This document shows positions 18,233-28,085 of a stretch of DNA of 41,656 nt, in pieces (positions within the stretch are counted from its first letter, which is position 1; each line of letters begins with the position of its first letter). Where the stretch lies: the NCBI GenBank assembly GCA_002719295.1, contig PBHC01000018.1, forward strand, positions 1 through 41,656, given 5' to 3'. A program made the position numbers and the translations under genes. Origin of the DNA: Chloroflexota bacterium. GTDB taxonomy: Bacteria > Chloroflexota > Dehalococcoidia > Lucifugimonadales > Lucifugimonadaceae. Below the pieces are notes generated by a model. The model did no database searches. It worked only from the letters and a program-made list of their open reading frames with translations, and was not told the DNA's origin.

Positions 18233-19264
18233 TTGACTATGAAAAAAATATTACAACTTATTTTATTAATGATGGTAGTTCCTGTAGCTATAGCGAATTC
18301 TCATGCTGATGAGATTAATGCTCAAGATATTCCTGAACTCCATATGCTTGTCTATCAAGGTGATGTTATGATGTCAGGTTCATTTCAAAAGACGTCTGAT
18401 CTAGATGGATTACTTTTAGAAGCAAAAATAGGAGATACAGTTGTTGGATCTGCAAGAATAGGAGATTTTTTAACTGGTCGATTTAGTGCACTTGAAATCG
18501 GTCCAAATGTTGCACTAGAAGGATCTACTGTAACCTTTTGGGTAGGAGATCAAAAAGCGTTAGAAACTGACATTTTTGGACCACTTACTGTACAAGGTGA
18601 ATATTGTAAAGGCTGTACATGGTCTCTCCCTATATCCAGATCTTTAAATTTACATTTTAATTCAGTACCATTGCCAACTCCTACTCCTGCCCCTGCTTTA
18701 GCTGAACCTAGTTTCATAACAGGAACTCTTATATTTGGATCAATTCTTGCTGCGCCAGAGGGTGTTAATATAATTGAAGCTTATATAGATAACGAACTTG
18801 TCGGATCAGGTACAGTTAGTGGATCAAATTTTAGTATAACTATTGATCCAGGAAATGAAACTTACTTAGGGAAGAAGGTTTCATTTAAAATCGCAGGATA
18901 TGATTCAAAAACATCATATACCTTTGTTGAAAACGATTTTATTACTGAATTTAAATTATTTTTCCCACAATATATCCCTGCAACATCTACTCCTACCCCT
19001 GCTCCTGTATCATCACCTGTTCCAACAGCTACTTCAATTCCTGAACCAACTAGAACTCCTACACCGGTTCCTGAGCCAACTGCTACTTATACAGCGACCG
19101 CAACTCCTACCCCTATAGTATTGAGTACATCTTCAAATGAAATCATGACAGAACAATCTGATGGAGGATGTAATTCTAGAGGCGGTGGCCCTGCTAGTGT
19201 TGGACTTATATTACTATCTTTGGTCCCTGTATACTTACTTAATAGAAAAAAAAGAACTGGTTAA
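18233..19264 (+). CDS. Secreted protein with two related beta-rich domains, Pro/Thr linker and C-terminal GGC-hydrophobic-basic sorting-like tail
   Basis: Signal peptide (start could be ATG 18239); PTPTP linkers; ends DGGCNSRGGGPASVGLILLSLVPVYLLNRKKRTG. Confidence 0.85.
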   Translation: MTMKKILQLILLMMVVPVAIANSHADEINAQDIPELHMLVYQGDVMMSGSFQKTSDLDGLLLEAKIGDTVVGSARIGDFLTGRFSALEIGPNVALEGSTVTFWVGDQKALETDIFGPLTVQGEYCKGCTWSLPISRSLNLHFNSVPLPTPTPAPALAEPSFITGTLIFGSILAAPEGVNIIEAYIDNELVGSGTVSGSNFSITIDPGNETYLGKKVSFKIAGYDSKTSYTFVENDFITEFKLFFPQYIPATSTPTPAPVSSPVPTATSIPEPTRTPTPVPEPTATYTATATPTPIVLSTSSNEIMTEQSDGGCNSRGGGPASVGLILLSLVPVYLLNRKKRTG

Positions 19265-19273
19265 AGTTTAGAT

Positions 19274-19873
19274 ATGGATATTACTTGGTTAGGTGAAAAC
19301 TCGTTTAAGATTAATGATGAAATTATTAATGTCATTGTTAATCCAAATAACTCAACTGTTGATTCATCTTTATTAACGGATAATACTGTTTTTATTTGTA
19401 CAGAATCAGAAAATGAATACTCAACTAAATTAACAAAAGTTGATTCTCCTGGAGAGTATGAAATAAATGATGCTTCTATTCATGGCATAGCTAATGCTAT
19501 CAGGAAAGATGATACTAAATCTATCTCAACTTGCTATAGAATTGAATCTAGAGGCCTTTCTGTTGCTGTAGTTGGTATGATTGGGTCATCTTTTGATTCT
19601 GAAGCCCTTTCTGTGCTTGCATCTTCTCATGTTGTACTTTTTTCTCCTGAAAATAAAAACGTGGATGCAGAAATTTTAGCAAATACTATAAGATCTATTG
19701 AACCTAGAAAAATTATTATATCTGGGTTTGATAAAAAATCTCAAAAATCATCAAAAAACCTAGATGCTGTTATTAAGGTCTTGGGATTAAAAGATTTTGA
19801 GCCTAGAAGTAAAGCTTCAGTTACAATGAGCTCTTTTAGCGATTCTCAGGAAATAATTATATTAGAAAAATAA
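19274..19873 (+). CDS. Metallo-beta-lactamase-fold protein, metal ligands apparently lost
   Basis: MDITWLG..SF, SPGEYEI, IEPRKIII match the short MBL-fold family; no HxHxDH. Confidence 0.75.
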   Translation: MDITWLGENSFKINDEIINVIVNPNNSTVDSSLLTDNTVFICTESENEYSTKLTKVDSPGEYEINDASIHGIANAIRKDDTKSISTCYRIESRGLSVAVVGMIGSSFDSEALSVLASSHVVLFSPENKNVDAEILANTIRSIEPRKIIISGFDKKSQKSSKNLDAVIKVLGLKDFEPRSKASVTMSSFSDSQEIIILEK

Positions 19874-19932
19874 TTTCTCTGTAATTTTTACAAGTATAAG
19901 TTATATAATTGAACTATTAATTATTATATTTT

Positions 19933-21003
19933 ATGACACAACAAAAAGAATATTATCAAATTCTCGGAGTTTCTAGAGATGCTTCTGAAGAAGAAATCAA
20001 AAAAGCTTTTAGACAGCAAGCTTTAAAATATCATCCTGATAGAAATCAGGAACCTGGAGCTGATTCTAAGTTCAAAGAAGTTAATGAAGCTTATCAAGTT
20101 TTGAGCGACCCTGAAAAACGTAAACTGTATGACCAATATGGTTATGAAGGGTTAAAAAATGCAGCAAATGGAATGGGTGGATTCTCCGGATTTGAAGACT
20201 TAGGCGGGTTTGGAAGTATATTTGATACATTTTTTGGAGGAGGATCTTCTTCAAATGAATCTCAAACTGCTCGAGGAAATGATTTAGAAATTCCAGTAAT
20301 TATATCTTTTGAAGAGTCAGCTTTTGGTACCGAAAAAGAAGTTACTGTAGATAGATATGAAATATGTGCTTCATGTAAAGGCTCTAAAGCAGAACCAGGA
20401 ACAGATACTTCTACATGCTCTTCTTGTAATGGGTCTGGAAAAGTAACCAGATTGCAAAAAACTTTTTTTGGTCAATTTCAACAAGTATCAACATGCTCTT
20501 CTTGTGAAGGAAATGGAGTTCATGTTTCTACAAAGTGTTCAACTTGTTCAGGAAATGGAAGAAAACGAAATAATAGAAAACTAGCAATTACAATTCCAGC
20601 AGGTATTGAGGATAATTCTAAACTTAGAATGAGAAACCAAGGAGATTCTGGATTAAAAAAAGGTCAAGAAGGAGATCTTTATGTTTCTGTTCAAGTGAAT
20701 TCTCATGAAAAATTTGAAAGAATGGCATCTGATATTTTTTCAACAGAAAATATAAATATTGCTCAAGCTGCATTAGGAGACACAATAAACGTACAGACTC
20801 TTGATGGAGAAATTGAACTCAAGATACCAAAAGGTATTCAATCAGGTAAAAAAATAAGACTGAATAATAAAGGAGTTGTTTCTATTGGTAGAAACAATAG
20901 AAGAGGAAGTCATATTATTACAATCAATGTACTTATCCCTTCAGATTTAAATTCAGAACAAAAAGACCTTTTTGAAAAACTAAAAGAATCCTTAGATAAC
21001 TAA
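19933..21003 (+). CDS. dnaJ: Chaperone DnaJ
   Basis: J-domain HPD, G/F region, four CxxCxGxG-type motifs. Confidence 0.98.
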   Translation: MTQQKEYYQILGVSRDASEEEIKKAFRQQALKYHPDRNQEPGADSKFKEVNEAYQVLSDPEKRKLYDQYGYEGLKNAANGMGGFSGFEDLGGFGSIFDTFFGGGSSSNESQTARGNDLEIPVIISFEESAFGTEKEVTVDRYEICASCKGSKAEPGTDTSTCSSCNGSGKVTRLQKTFFGQFQQVSTCSSCEGNGVHVSTKCSTCSGNGRKRNNRKLAITIPAGIEDNSKLRMRNQGDSGLKKGQEGDLYVSVQVNSHEKFERMASDIFSTENINIAQAALGDTINVQTLDGEIELKIPKGIQSGKKIRLNNKGVVSIGRNNRRGSHIITINVLIPSDLNSEQKDLFEKLKESLDN

Positions 21004-21893
21004 TGATAAATGATTCTTTAATAGAATTAAGTCTTGTAATTAAAAATGAATTTGTAGAGCCCGTTTCTTATGTTTTTAAAAAATTTTGTGATTATGACTT
21101 TGTAATTACAGAAGATATTGAATACAATCCAGATGAAAATGAAGACAAACCTATATCAGAATTTATAACGATAAAATCCTATTTGGATGATACGGATAAT
21201 AATCAAAAAAAAATATCATCTATTCAAGGATCTTTAGCCTTAATAAGAATGGTTTGTGATATCCCAGAACTTTCTATTAAAAAAATTTTTAAAAAAGATT
21301 GGGCTGAGCAAAAATTTCCATCGATAGAAATCGGTGAAAATTTTATTATCACAAATGATAAAAAACTCATTTCTAATTCTAAAATAATAATTAATATCAA
21401 TCCTGGTTTAGGATTTGGAACTGGACATCATCCAACAACAAAAATGATGTTAGAACAAATAGAAAAATATGATTTGAACTCGAAAAATATCCTAGATTTT
21501 GGATGTGGATCGGGTATTTTATCTATAGCTGCAAAAAAATTAAACGCAAAAAATGTTATAGCTATAGACACTGATGATTTAGCTATTAGCTCAGCGAAAG
21601 AAAATATAAATTTCTCTGAATTATCTAGCATAGATTTAAGAGTAGGCTCAATTGAAATTATTGATCCTGATAAGAAATTTGACTTTATTTTTGCTAATAT
21701 TTCTTCCACTATAATAAGTAAATATTCACATCTTTTATTTTCTCTAATTAATAAAAATGGAATACTATTATGCTCTGGGATATTAAATATTCACATGGAA
21801 AAAACTCTTTTGAAATTAGAAAAATCAGGATTTAAACTGATAAATTCTTACCAAGAAGATGATTGGTCCTCTCTGGAGATGAAAATTGTTTAG
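21003..21893 (+). CDS. prmA: Ribosomal protein L11 methyltransferase
   Basis: PGLGFGTGHHPTT, LDFGCGSGILSI, ANI; dnaJ-prmA-rsmE order. Confidence 0.95.
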   Translation: MINDSLIELSLVIKNEFVEPVSYVFKKFCDYDFVITEDIEYNPDENEDKPISEFITIKSYLDDTDNNQKKISSIQGSLALIRMVCDIPELSIKKIFKKDWAEQKFPSIEIGENFIITNDKKLISNSKIIININPGLGFGTGHHPTTKMMLEQIEKYDLNSKNILDFGCGSGILSIAAKKLNAKNVIAIDTDDLAISSAKENINFSELSSIDLRVGSIEIIDPDKKFDFIFANISSTIISKYSHLLFSLINKNGILLCSGILNIHMEKTLLKLEKSGFKLINSYQEDDWSSLEMKIV

Positions 21894-22611
21894 AATATAT
21901 TACCCTGATAAATTGAATGAATATATTGAAATTACTGATAATAAATCTCATAAACTTTCTTCTGTGCTAAGAATGCAAAAAGGGGATAAAATAAATATTT
22001 TTGATGGAAAAGGGACTTCCCAAATAATGCAAATAGAAGAAATTTATAAAGATAAAATAACTTTAAGAAAAGTCAACTCAATAGTGAAAAAAGACAAATC
22101 AAATCCTGAAATAATTTTAGCTATTTCAATCATTAAACCTTCAAGATTTGAAATTGCTGTAGAAAAAACAGCTGAGTTAGGAATTTCAAAAATAATTCCT
22201 TTAATTACGGAAAATACAAACGATATTTTTGTGAATAGAATTAATGATAAGCGATTAGATAGAATGAGAAATATTTCAATTTCTGCTTCAGAACAATGTG
22301 GAAATGATTTTATATCTGAAATTGATTCTCCTCTAAAGTTGGAGCAAATTATAAACCTTAAAGATGAAGATACAGAACTAATCTTATTTTATGAAAACTT
22401 AAATGAAATCAGAAAAAACTCTTTAGATATCAAAAAATTTAAGAAACTTATAATACTCATAGGCCCAGAAGGTGGTTTCTCAGAAGAAGAGTATAAAAAA
22501 TTACAAAATAAAAGCATTGTTTTAAGTTTGGGAGAGAATGTTTTAAGAACAGAGACTGCAGCAATTTGCGCTGTTCATGAAATAAATTATTTATTAAGAC
22601 TTACTCCTTAG
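21886..22611 (+). CDS. rsmE: 16S rRNA m3U1498 methyltransferase
   Basis: VLRM, EKTAELG, ASEQC, IGPEGGFS, LGENVLRTETA. Confidence 0.95.
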   Translation: MFRIYYPDKLNEYIEITDNKSHKLSSVLRMQKGDKINIFDGKGTSQIMQIEEIYKDKITLRKVNSIVKKDKSNPEIILAISIIKPSRFEIAVEKTAELGISKIIPLITENTNDIFVNRINDKRLDRMRNISISASEQCGNDFISEIDSPLKLEQIINLKDEDTELILFYENLNEIRKNSLDIKKFKKLIILIGPEGGFSEEEYKKLQNKSIVLSLGENVLRTETAAICAVHEINYLLRLTP

Positions 22612-23599
22612 AATCTTCTCTACTTAATAGATCATTTATTCCAATTTTAGGATTTTTATTATTAAATAATACTTCATATATTTCATTTATAATTGGAGTT
22701 TCAATTTTTTCTTTTTTCAAAATTTCTCTTATTATTTTTGTTGAGTTGATTCCTTCTATTGTTCCTTGTATTTCTTTTTTGGCATTCTCAATATTTTTTC
22801 CTTGTGCTAGTAATGACCCTAGCTGATTATTTCTACTATTTTGATTGAAACATGTAGTAATTAAGTCGCCAAGTCCTGAATTCCCAAATACTGTTTTTTC
22901 TTTGCCTCCAAAAGATAAAATTATTCCTATCATTTCATTTAGGCTTCTTGTTATATATGATGCCATTGAATTAGTCCCTAACTTATATTCTTGAATAATT
23001 CCTGCACCTATTGCATATATGTTTTTTAATACTCCTCCAATTTCAATACCCAAAATGTCATTTGAACTATATGCTCTAAATTTTTCACTATTAAATAGCT
23101 TCCTGATTTTTTCTTCTAAGCTTTTATCAATTCCTATTACGGTTGTAGCGGGTAGTTCATTATAAATTTCGATAGAAATATTTGGACCAGATATAACTCC
23201 AATATTTTTTTTATCAACACTTGTTTTTTCTATTAAATACTGTGATATAGTTTTTTTTGAATCTTGTTCAAATCCCTTGATAGCACTAATTATTATTTGA
23301 TCTTTTGATAAAAATTTATTTATTTTTTCGATATTATTTTTAATTGATGAACTAGGAACAGCCAAGACAATTAGCTGAGATTCTTTAATTGTCTTTTCAT
23401 AGCTACTAGATGTAATTATATTTTTATTTAATTTGTAAATTATCTTTCTGTTTATTGATCTTTCGTAATTAATCTTTTCTTCTTCCTTTGAATTTCTAAC
23501 TAGAATTGTTAAATTTTCAGTGTTTTTAACTAAAATATTTGACAAAGTTACTCCCCATGAAGTAGATCCTATTACTGAAATGTTTTTTATATCTTTCAT
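22601..23599 (-). CDS. gpsA: NAD(P)H-dependent glycerol-3-phosphate dehydrogenase
   Basis: GSTSWG, AVPS, KG, SGPN, GGVLKN, GLGDLITTC, SRN. Confidence 0.96.
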   Translation of the reverse strand: MKDIKNISVIGSTSWGVTLSNILVKNTENLTILVRNSKEEEKINYERSINRKIIYKLNKNIITSSSYEKTIKESQLIVLAVPSSSIKNNIEKINKFLSKDQIIISAIKGFEQDSKKTISQYLIEKTSVDKKNIGVISGPNISIEIYNELPATTVIGIDKSLEEKIRKLFNSEKFRAYSSNDILGIEIGGVLKNIYAIGAGIIQEYKLGTNSMASYITRSLNEMIGIILSFGGKEKTVFGNSGLGDLITTCFNQNSRNNQLGSLLAQGKNIENAKKEIQGTIEGINSTKIIREILKKEKIETPIINEIYEVLFNNKNPKIGINDLLSREDSKE

Positions 23600-23601
23600 A
23601 T

Positions 23602-24198
23602 TTAAAATAGTTTATTTTCTTCTTTTTTTATAATTCTTTTTATGTTCTCTTTATGCTTATAAATAATTAATAAAGGAATCAATAGTGTTAAAATATGTTC
23701 TATTGTAAGCATATTTAAAATAGTCATATATAAAATTATTAATATGGTAATCAAGCATCCAAAAATTGCTCCCAAGGATACAAATCTTGTTTTATATATT
23801 AATGGTACAGCCAGAGGTAATCCTATAAATATATAAGGAACTAAAACTATGACCGCACCGAATCCTGTTGCTACCCCTTTCCCGCCTTTGAATCTATGAA
23901 AAATAGGATAACAATGACCCAAAACTAAAAATATACAACCAAGGATGCAATGTAGATCATCTTCAAAAAAAATCTTAATTAACAAGATAGGGATTAATCC
24001 TTTTAGGATGTCTAAAATTAAAACAATTATTCCAGGTCTTAATCCAATTGTCCTGTGCACATTTGTTGCTCCAGAGCTTTTAGAGCCTAGATCTCTTACG
24101 TCAATTTTATAGAAAATTTTACTTATCAAAGTACCAGATTGAATAGATCCAAAGATATAACAAAAAATAGACAATAAAAATAATGTTATGACACTCAT
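23602..24198 (-). CDS. plsY: Glycerol-3-phosphate acyltransferase
   Basis: DVRDLGSKSSGATN, DILKG, GHCYPIF, GGKGVAT, HKENIKR. Confidence 0.95.
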   Translation of the reverse strand: MSVITLFLLSIFCYIFGSIQSGTLISKIFYKIDVRDLGSKSSGATNVHRTIGLRPGIIVLILDILKGLIPILLIKIFFEDDLHCILGCIFLVLGHCYPIFHRFKGGKGVATGFGAVIVLVPYIFIGLPLAVPLIYKTRFVSLGAIFGCLITILIILYMTILNMLTIEHILTLLIPLLIIYKHKENIKRIIKKEENKLF

Positions 24199-25493
24199 CT
24201 TCGTTTAGCCTTAACAAATCTTAAGCTTATAGGGCAACCAGAAAAATCAAAATTATTTCTTATTTGATTTTCTAAATATCTTTTATAACTAAAATGAATT
24301 AAATCGTAATTTGTAGATTCAAATTTAAATCCAGGAGGACTGGTTTTATATTGAGAAATAGAAAATATTTCTGGAGTTTTTTTCCCTTTTGATGATGGTT
24401 GCTTTCTAGATATTGCATCAATAAAACAACTGTTCAATTCTTTTTGACTTATTCTTTTTATAGAATTCTCATAAACCTCAATAGCTTTTGGGATTATTTT
24501 TTCTATATTTAATTTATTTAAAGCTGACGTTAGTAAAATAGGAATATTGGGGATATGATCAAATTTTTCTTCTATTTGCTCAATTATTTCATTCTTCTGA
24601 TCATTTGTTACTAGATCAAATTTATTCATAAGAATAATGCATGGTCTCATAAGGTCTTTTATAAATCCAGAAATATGTAAATCTTGTGCTGTAATCATTT
24701 CCTCTGCACTAAGAACTAAAGCACATACATCAGCATTTTCTACTGATTTTATGGTTCTAATAGAAGAATATTTTTCTATTCCTTGTTCAATTTTTCCTCT
24801 TCTTCTTAATCCTGCAGTATCAATAAATTTAATATTTTTATCATCGTATTTGACACTATAATCAATACTATCTCTTGTAGTCCCAGGGATGTTACTAACA
24901 ATAGATCTGTTAGATTCTGTAAGGAGGTTAAATAAACTAGATTTTCCTACATTGGGGTGTCCAACTATTGATAATTTTATTTCTTCAGAATTTTTAGGGA
25001 CATTCTTAAATTCTTTTCCTAGTACTTTTTCTAATAGATCTACTATTCCTCTATTATGATAAGCACTTATTTTTACACTATCAAATTCGTTTATAGCAGA
25101 AAAATCTAGTGCATTAAATTCATCTACAGGGAGATCTAATTTATTAATAGCGATAACAGCTTTTTTATTATTTTTTCTTACTAGCCTAAGTACCTCTTCA
25201 TCTAATGGATTGATTCCTTCCCTTCCATCAACCATAAAAATTAATTTGTCACTATCTTTTATAGCATTTAGAGCTTGATCTGTTATAGAATTTTGAAAAT
25301 CTTCACTTGAATTCTTATCTATACCTCCGGTATCTATTAGAATGAAATTTTTATCATTCCAGGAGGTATTAGTTGAAATTCTATCTCTAGTAGTTCCCGA
25401 AACATTAGAAACTATAGATATTCTTTCTCCAGCTATTCTGTTGAATAATGTAGATTTACCTACATTAGGTCTTCCAATTATAGAAACAATCAT
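24195..25493 (-). CDS. der: Ribosome biogenesis GTPase Der (EngA)
   Basis: Two G domains (GRPNVGKST, GHPNVGKSS; two GTTRD; DTGG, DTAG), YKRYLEN. ATG 25493 preferred over 25562, which lies inside argF. Confidence 0.97.
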   Translation of the reverse strand: MIVSIIGRPNVGKSTLFNRIAGERISIVSNVSGTTRDRISTNTSWNDKNFILIDTGGIDKNSSEDFQNSITDQALNAIKDSDKLIFMVDGREGINPLDEEVLRLVRKNNKKAVIAINKLDLPVDEFNALDFSAINEFDSVKISAYHNRGIVDLLEKVLGKEFKNVPKNSEEIKLSIVGHPNVGKSSLFNLLTESNRSIVSNIPGTTRDSIDYSVKYDDKNIKFIDTAGLRRRGKIEQGIEKYSSIRTIKSVENADVCALVLSAEEMITAQDLHISGFIKDLMRPCIILMNKFDLVTNDQKNEIIEQIEEKFDHIPNIPILLTSALNKLNIEKIIPKAIEVYENSIKRISQKELNSCFIDAISRKQPSSKGKKTPEIFSISQYKTSPPGFKFESTNYDLIHFSYKRYLENQIRNNFDFSGCPISLRFVKAKRR

Positions 25494-25525
25494 TTGATAA
25501 GTACTTTTTTTTATTATTACATAGA

Positions 25526-26422
25526 CTAGAGTATGTAATCCATAAGCCCTGTTTGCGCCCATAGCCTATTTTCAGCTTGATCGAATACTATTGATCTAGG
25601 ATCATAAAGCAATCCTTCTTCAATTTCTTCTCCCGGATGCGCAGGTAAATCATGCATAAATTTTACATTTTTGTTGGCATTATCCAAAACTGAAGATGAT
25701 ACCTGAAATTTTGAAAAATCATTTAATCTTTTTTTCTTTTCAGATTCTTGTCCCATACTAGCCCAAACATCGGTGTAAATTATGTCTGAGTTCTTTGCAG
25801 GTTCCATCATATTATCATAGCTATTAAAATTTCCCCCACTTAATTTATTAAAATAGTTAATTGTGCTTTTATTGAACTCATATCCTTTAGGTGATGCTAT
25901 ATTGAAATTTCCCCCTAAAGATAAAACTGCATATGCTAAACTCTTTGCTACGTTATTACTGTCCCCTATGAAAGTAATAGTTTTGTCCTTAACTGTACCC
26001 ACTTTTTCTGTAATCGTCATTACATCTGCCAAAGCCTGACAGGGATGCTCATCATCGGTTAGAGCATTTATTACAGGCACTTTAGAATATTTTTCAAACA
26101 ACTCTATCTTTTCTTGTTCAAAGGTTCTAATTATTGCTATGTCAGCCATTCTACTAACAACACTCGAAACATCTTCTATTGGTTCTCTAACGCCCATCCC
26201 AACCTCTTCAGGGGAAAAATAAACAGGATACCCTCCTAATTTTTTAACTCCTATCATAAAAGATAATTTTGTTCTTAATGATGGCTTGTCAAAAAGAAGA
26301 ACAGCAGATTTATTTTTAAGGGAATCAGATTTTTTCCCGTCTTTGAAATCAATGCCAAGATTAATAATATTGTTTAAATCTTCAGAGCTACAATCGCTAA
26401 TTTTTATAAGATTATTTAACAT
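25526..26422 (-). CDS. argF: Ornithine carbamoyltransferase (variant HDLP motif)
   Basis: KPSLRT, HPCQALAD, GDSNNV, YTDVWASMGQE, FDQAENRL; ATG overlaps the upstream TGA (TGATG). Confidence 0.9.
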   Translation of the reverse strand: MLNNLIKISDCSSEDLNNIINLGIDFKDGKKSDSLKNKSAVLLFDKPSLRTKLSFMIGVKKLGGYPVYFSPEEVGMGVREPIEDVSSVVSRMADIAIIRTFEQEKIELFEKYSKVPVINALTDDEHPCQALADVMTITEKVGTVKDKTITFIGDSNNVAKSLAYAVLSLGGNFNIASPKGYEFNKSTINYFNKLSGGNFNSYDNMMEPAKNSDIIYTDVWASMGQESEKKKRLNDFSKFQVSSSVLDNANKNVKFMHDLPAHPGEEIEEGLLYDPRSIVFDQAENRLWAQTGLMDYIL

Positions 26423-26820
26423 CAAGCTGGTTTGAAAACAGGTATATTTTGACCATCTACATCTATAAAATCTACCATCAGATCCATTCCTATTTTTAGG
26501 TTTTCAGGTTCAGGTTCCACTCCAACTATTCTTGTTGGCATATTAACCCCTTCTTCTAGAGTTACTATGGCAGCTATATAAGGCAGATCTTCTACAAAAC
26601 TTGGATGTGGTGCAGCATGAACTATTGTAAAAGTATATAGTTTAGCTTTACCTGAAGCTTCTATCCATTCAACATCTCTACTTCCATCTTTTGTAGATAC
26701 TGCTCTTGGGTAAAATTGTATATGATCTCCGAATTTTTGTATTACTAATTTGTTTTCATTCGCAGCTTCCCAGTATTTATCAGATTCTGGTTGTGGAATT
26801 GGTTTTATTTTATCGCTCAT
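26422..26820 (-). CDS. DUF35/ChsH2-like OB-fold protein, partner of the thiolase-like protein
   Basis: YWEAANENKLVIQ, FYPR, EWIEASGKAKLYTFTIVH, PYIAAIVTLEEG, IGM, PVFKP; adjacent to the thiolase-fold gene. Confidence 0.9.
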   Translation of the reverse strand: MSDKIKPIPQPESDKYWEAANENKLVIQKFGDHIQFYPRAVSTKDGSRDVEWIEASGKAKLYTFTIVHAAPHPSFVEDLPYIAAIVTLEEGVNMPTRIVGVEPEPENLKIGMDLMVDFIDVDGQNIPVFKPA

Positions 26821-26851
26821 TTTTTATCCTTTTTAATATTGAAAAATTTGG

Positions 26852-28012
26852 TTAGTTTGAAGTAAGTAGAACCGTACCAGTACTGGATAATAATCCGCCT
26901 GTACCATGTGCTAATGCAATATCACATTTATCTAATTGTCTTTCTCCTGTTTCTCCTCTTAATTGCCTTACTGCTTCTATCACTGTGAAGATTCCATACA
27001 TTCCAGGATGAGTATAAGACAATCCTCCTCCATTAGTATTTAATGGAAATGACCCACCAGGGGCTGTAACTTGATTTGCTACAAAATCAGGACCTTCTCC
27101 TGGACCACAAAATCCTAAACTTTCTAGTGTTGCAAGTACCGTATATGTAAAAGAATCATAAATCATAGCTAGGTCAATATCTTTATAATCTAATCCTGCC
27201 ATCTCTAAAGCTCTTGGTCCTGTTTTTCTTCCATAAGTTCTAGTTAGATCCGGCATTTGAGATATCATACTTCCATGATCATGACCTTCTCCTGCCCCTA
27301 ATATTTTTATAGGTCCCTTTTTTGTGTCTTTAGCTTTCTCAATTGAAGTAACAACTATAGCAGCTCCTGCATCAGTAACCAAACAACAATCCAGCAAATG
27401 GAAAGGCCAAGAAATCCATCTTGATTCATGATAATCATCAAATGTCATAGGTTTATCATAAAAATAAGCCTTCTCATTCATATTAGCCCATTTTCTAGTT
27501 GAAACAGCTATCTCTGCAAGTGCTTGTCTTGTTCGATCTTCACCATACATTTCCATATATTTTCTTGCTGCCATTGCATAGTTAATTGGAGGGCCCATAA
27601 TTCCATATGGTGATGTATATTGATCTGCAGGCATTCCTCCCCCACTTCGATTTCTGGCTCTGTCACTTCTACCACTTTGACCATGAGTTATTAAAGCAAC
27701 TTCACAATAACCAGCATTTATAGCTGCAAGAGCATGGGCTAAATGGATAACAAAAGAAGATCCTCCTACAATTGTAGAGTCAGTATAATTTGGTTCAATG
27801 CCTAAATATTCTCCTAAATCGTAGGTAGAGTAACCTGCTGTAAACAGTCCGTCTACGTCAGAAATTTTTAACCCCGCATCTTCTAATGCATTATGTGCAG
27901 CTTGAGCATGATGTCCTAAAGGCGAAATTTCGGGGACTTTACCAATTTTGTCAGATTCAGCTACTCCAACTATTGCAGCTTTACCTGATAAAGATTTTCT
28001 TAATGCTTTCAT
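26852..28012 (-). CDS. Thiolase-superfamily protein (SCP-x/Ltp2-like, probably aldolase-type)
   Basis: AAIVGVAE, ALEDAGL, LLDCCLVTDAGAA, IYDSFT, NTNGGGLSYTHPG, EAVRQLRG, HGTGG. Confidence 0.9.
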   Translation of the reverse strand: MKALRKSLSGKAAIVGVAESDKIGKVPEISPLGHHAQAAHNALEDAGLKISDVDGLFTAGYSTYDLGEYLGIEPNYTDSTIVGGSSFVIHLAHALAAINAGYCEVALITHGQSGRSDRARNRSGGGMPADQYTSPYGIMGPPINYAMAARKYMEMYGEDRTRQALAEIAVSTRKWANMNEKAYFYDKPMTFDDYHESRWISWPFHLLDCCLVTDAGAAIVVTSIEKAKDTKKGPIKILGAGEGHDHGSMISQMPDLTRTYGRKTGPRALEMAGLDYKDIDLAMIYDSFTYTVLATLESLGFCGPGEGPDFVANQVTAPGGSFPLNTNGGGLSYTHPGMYGIFTVIEAVRQLRGETGERQLDKCDIALAHGTGGLLSSTGTVLLTSN

Positions 28013-28085
28013 TTTTTATTCCCTTTTGGTTATGTTATTAGGTTTTATATCTTGAATAAAATAATAGCAATTTAAATCAATTTTT

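Noticed and set aside
14764..19118. ORFs 14764-15276, 16741-17073, 17119-17388, 18900-19118
   Set aside because: Shadows produced by biased codon usage of the surface-protein genes.
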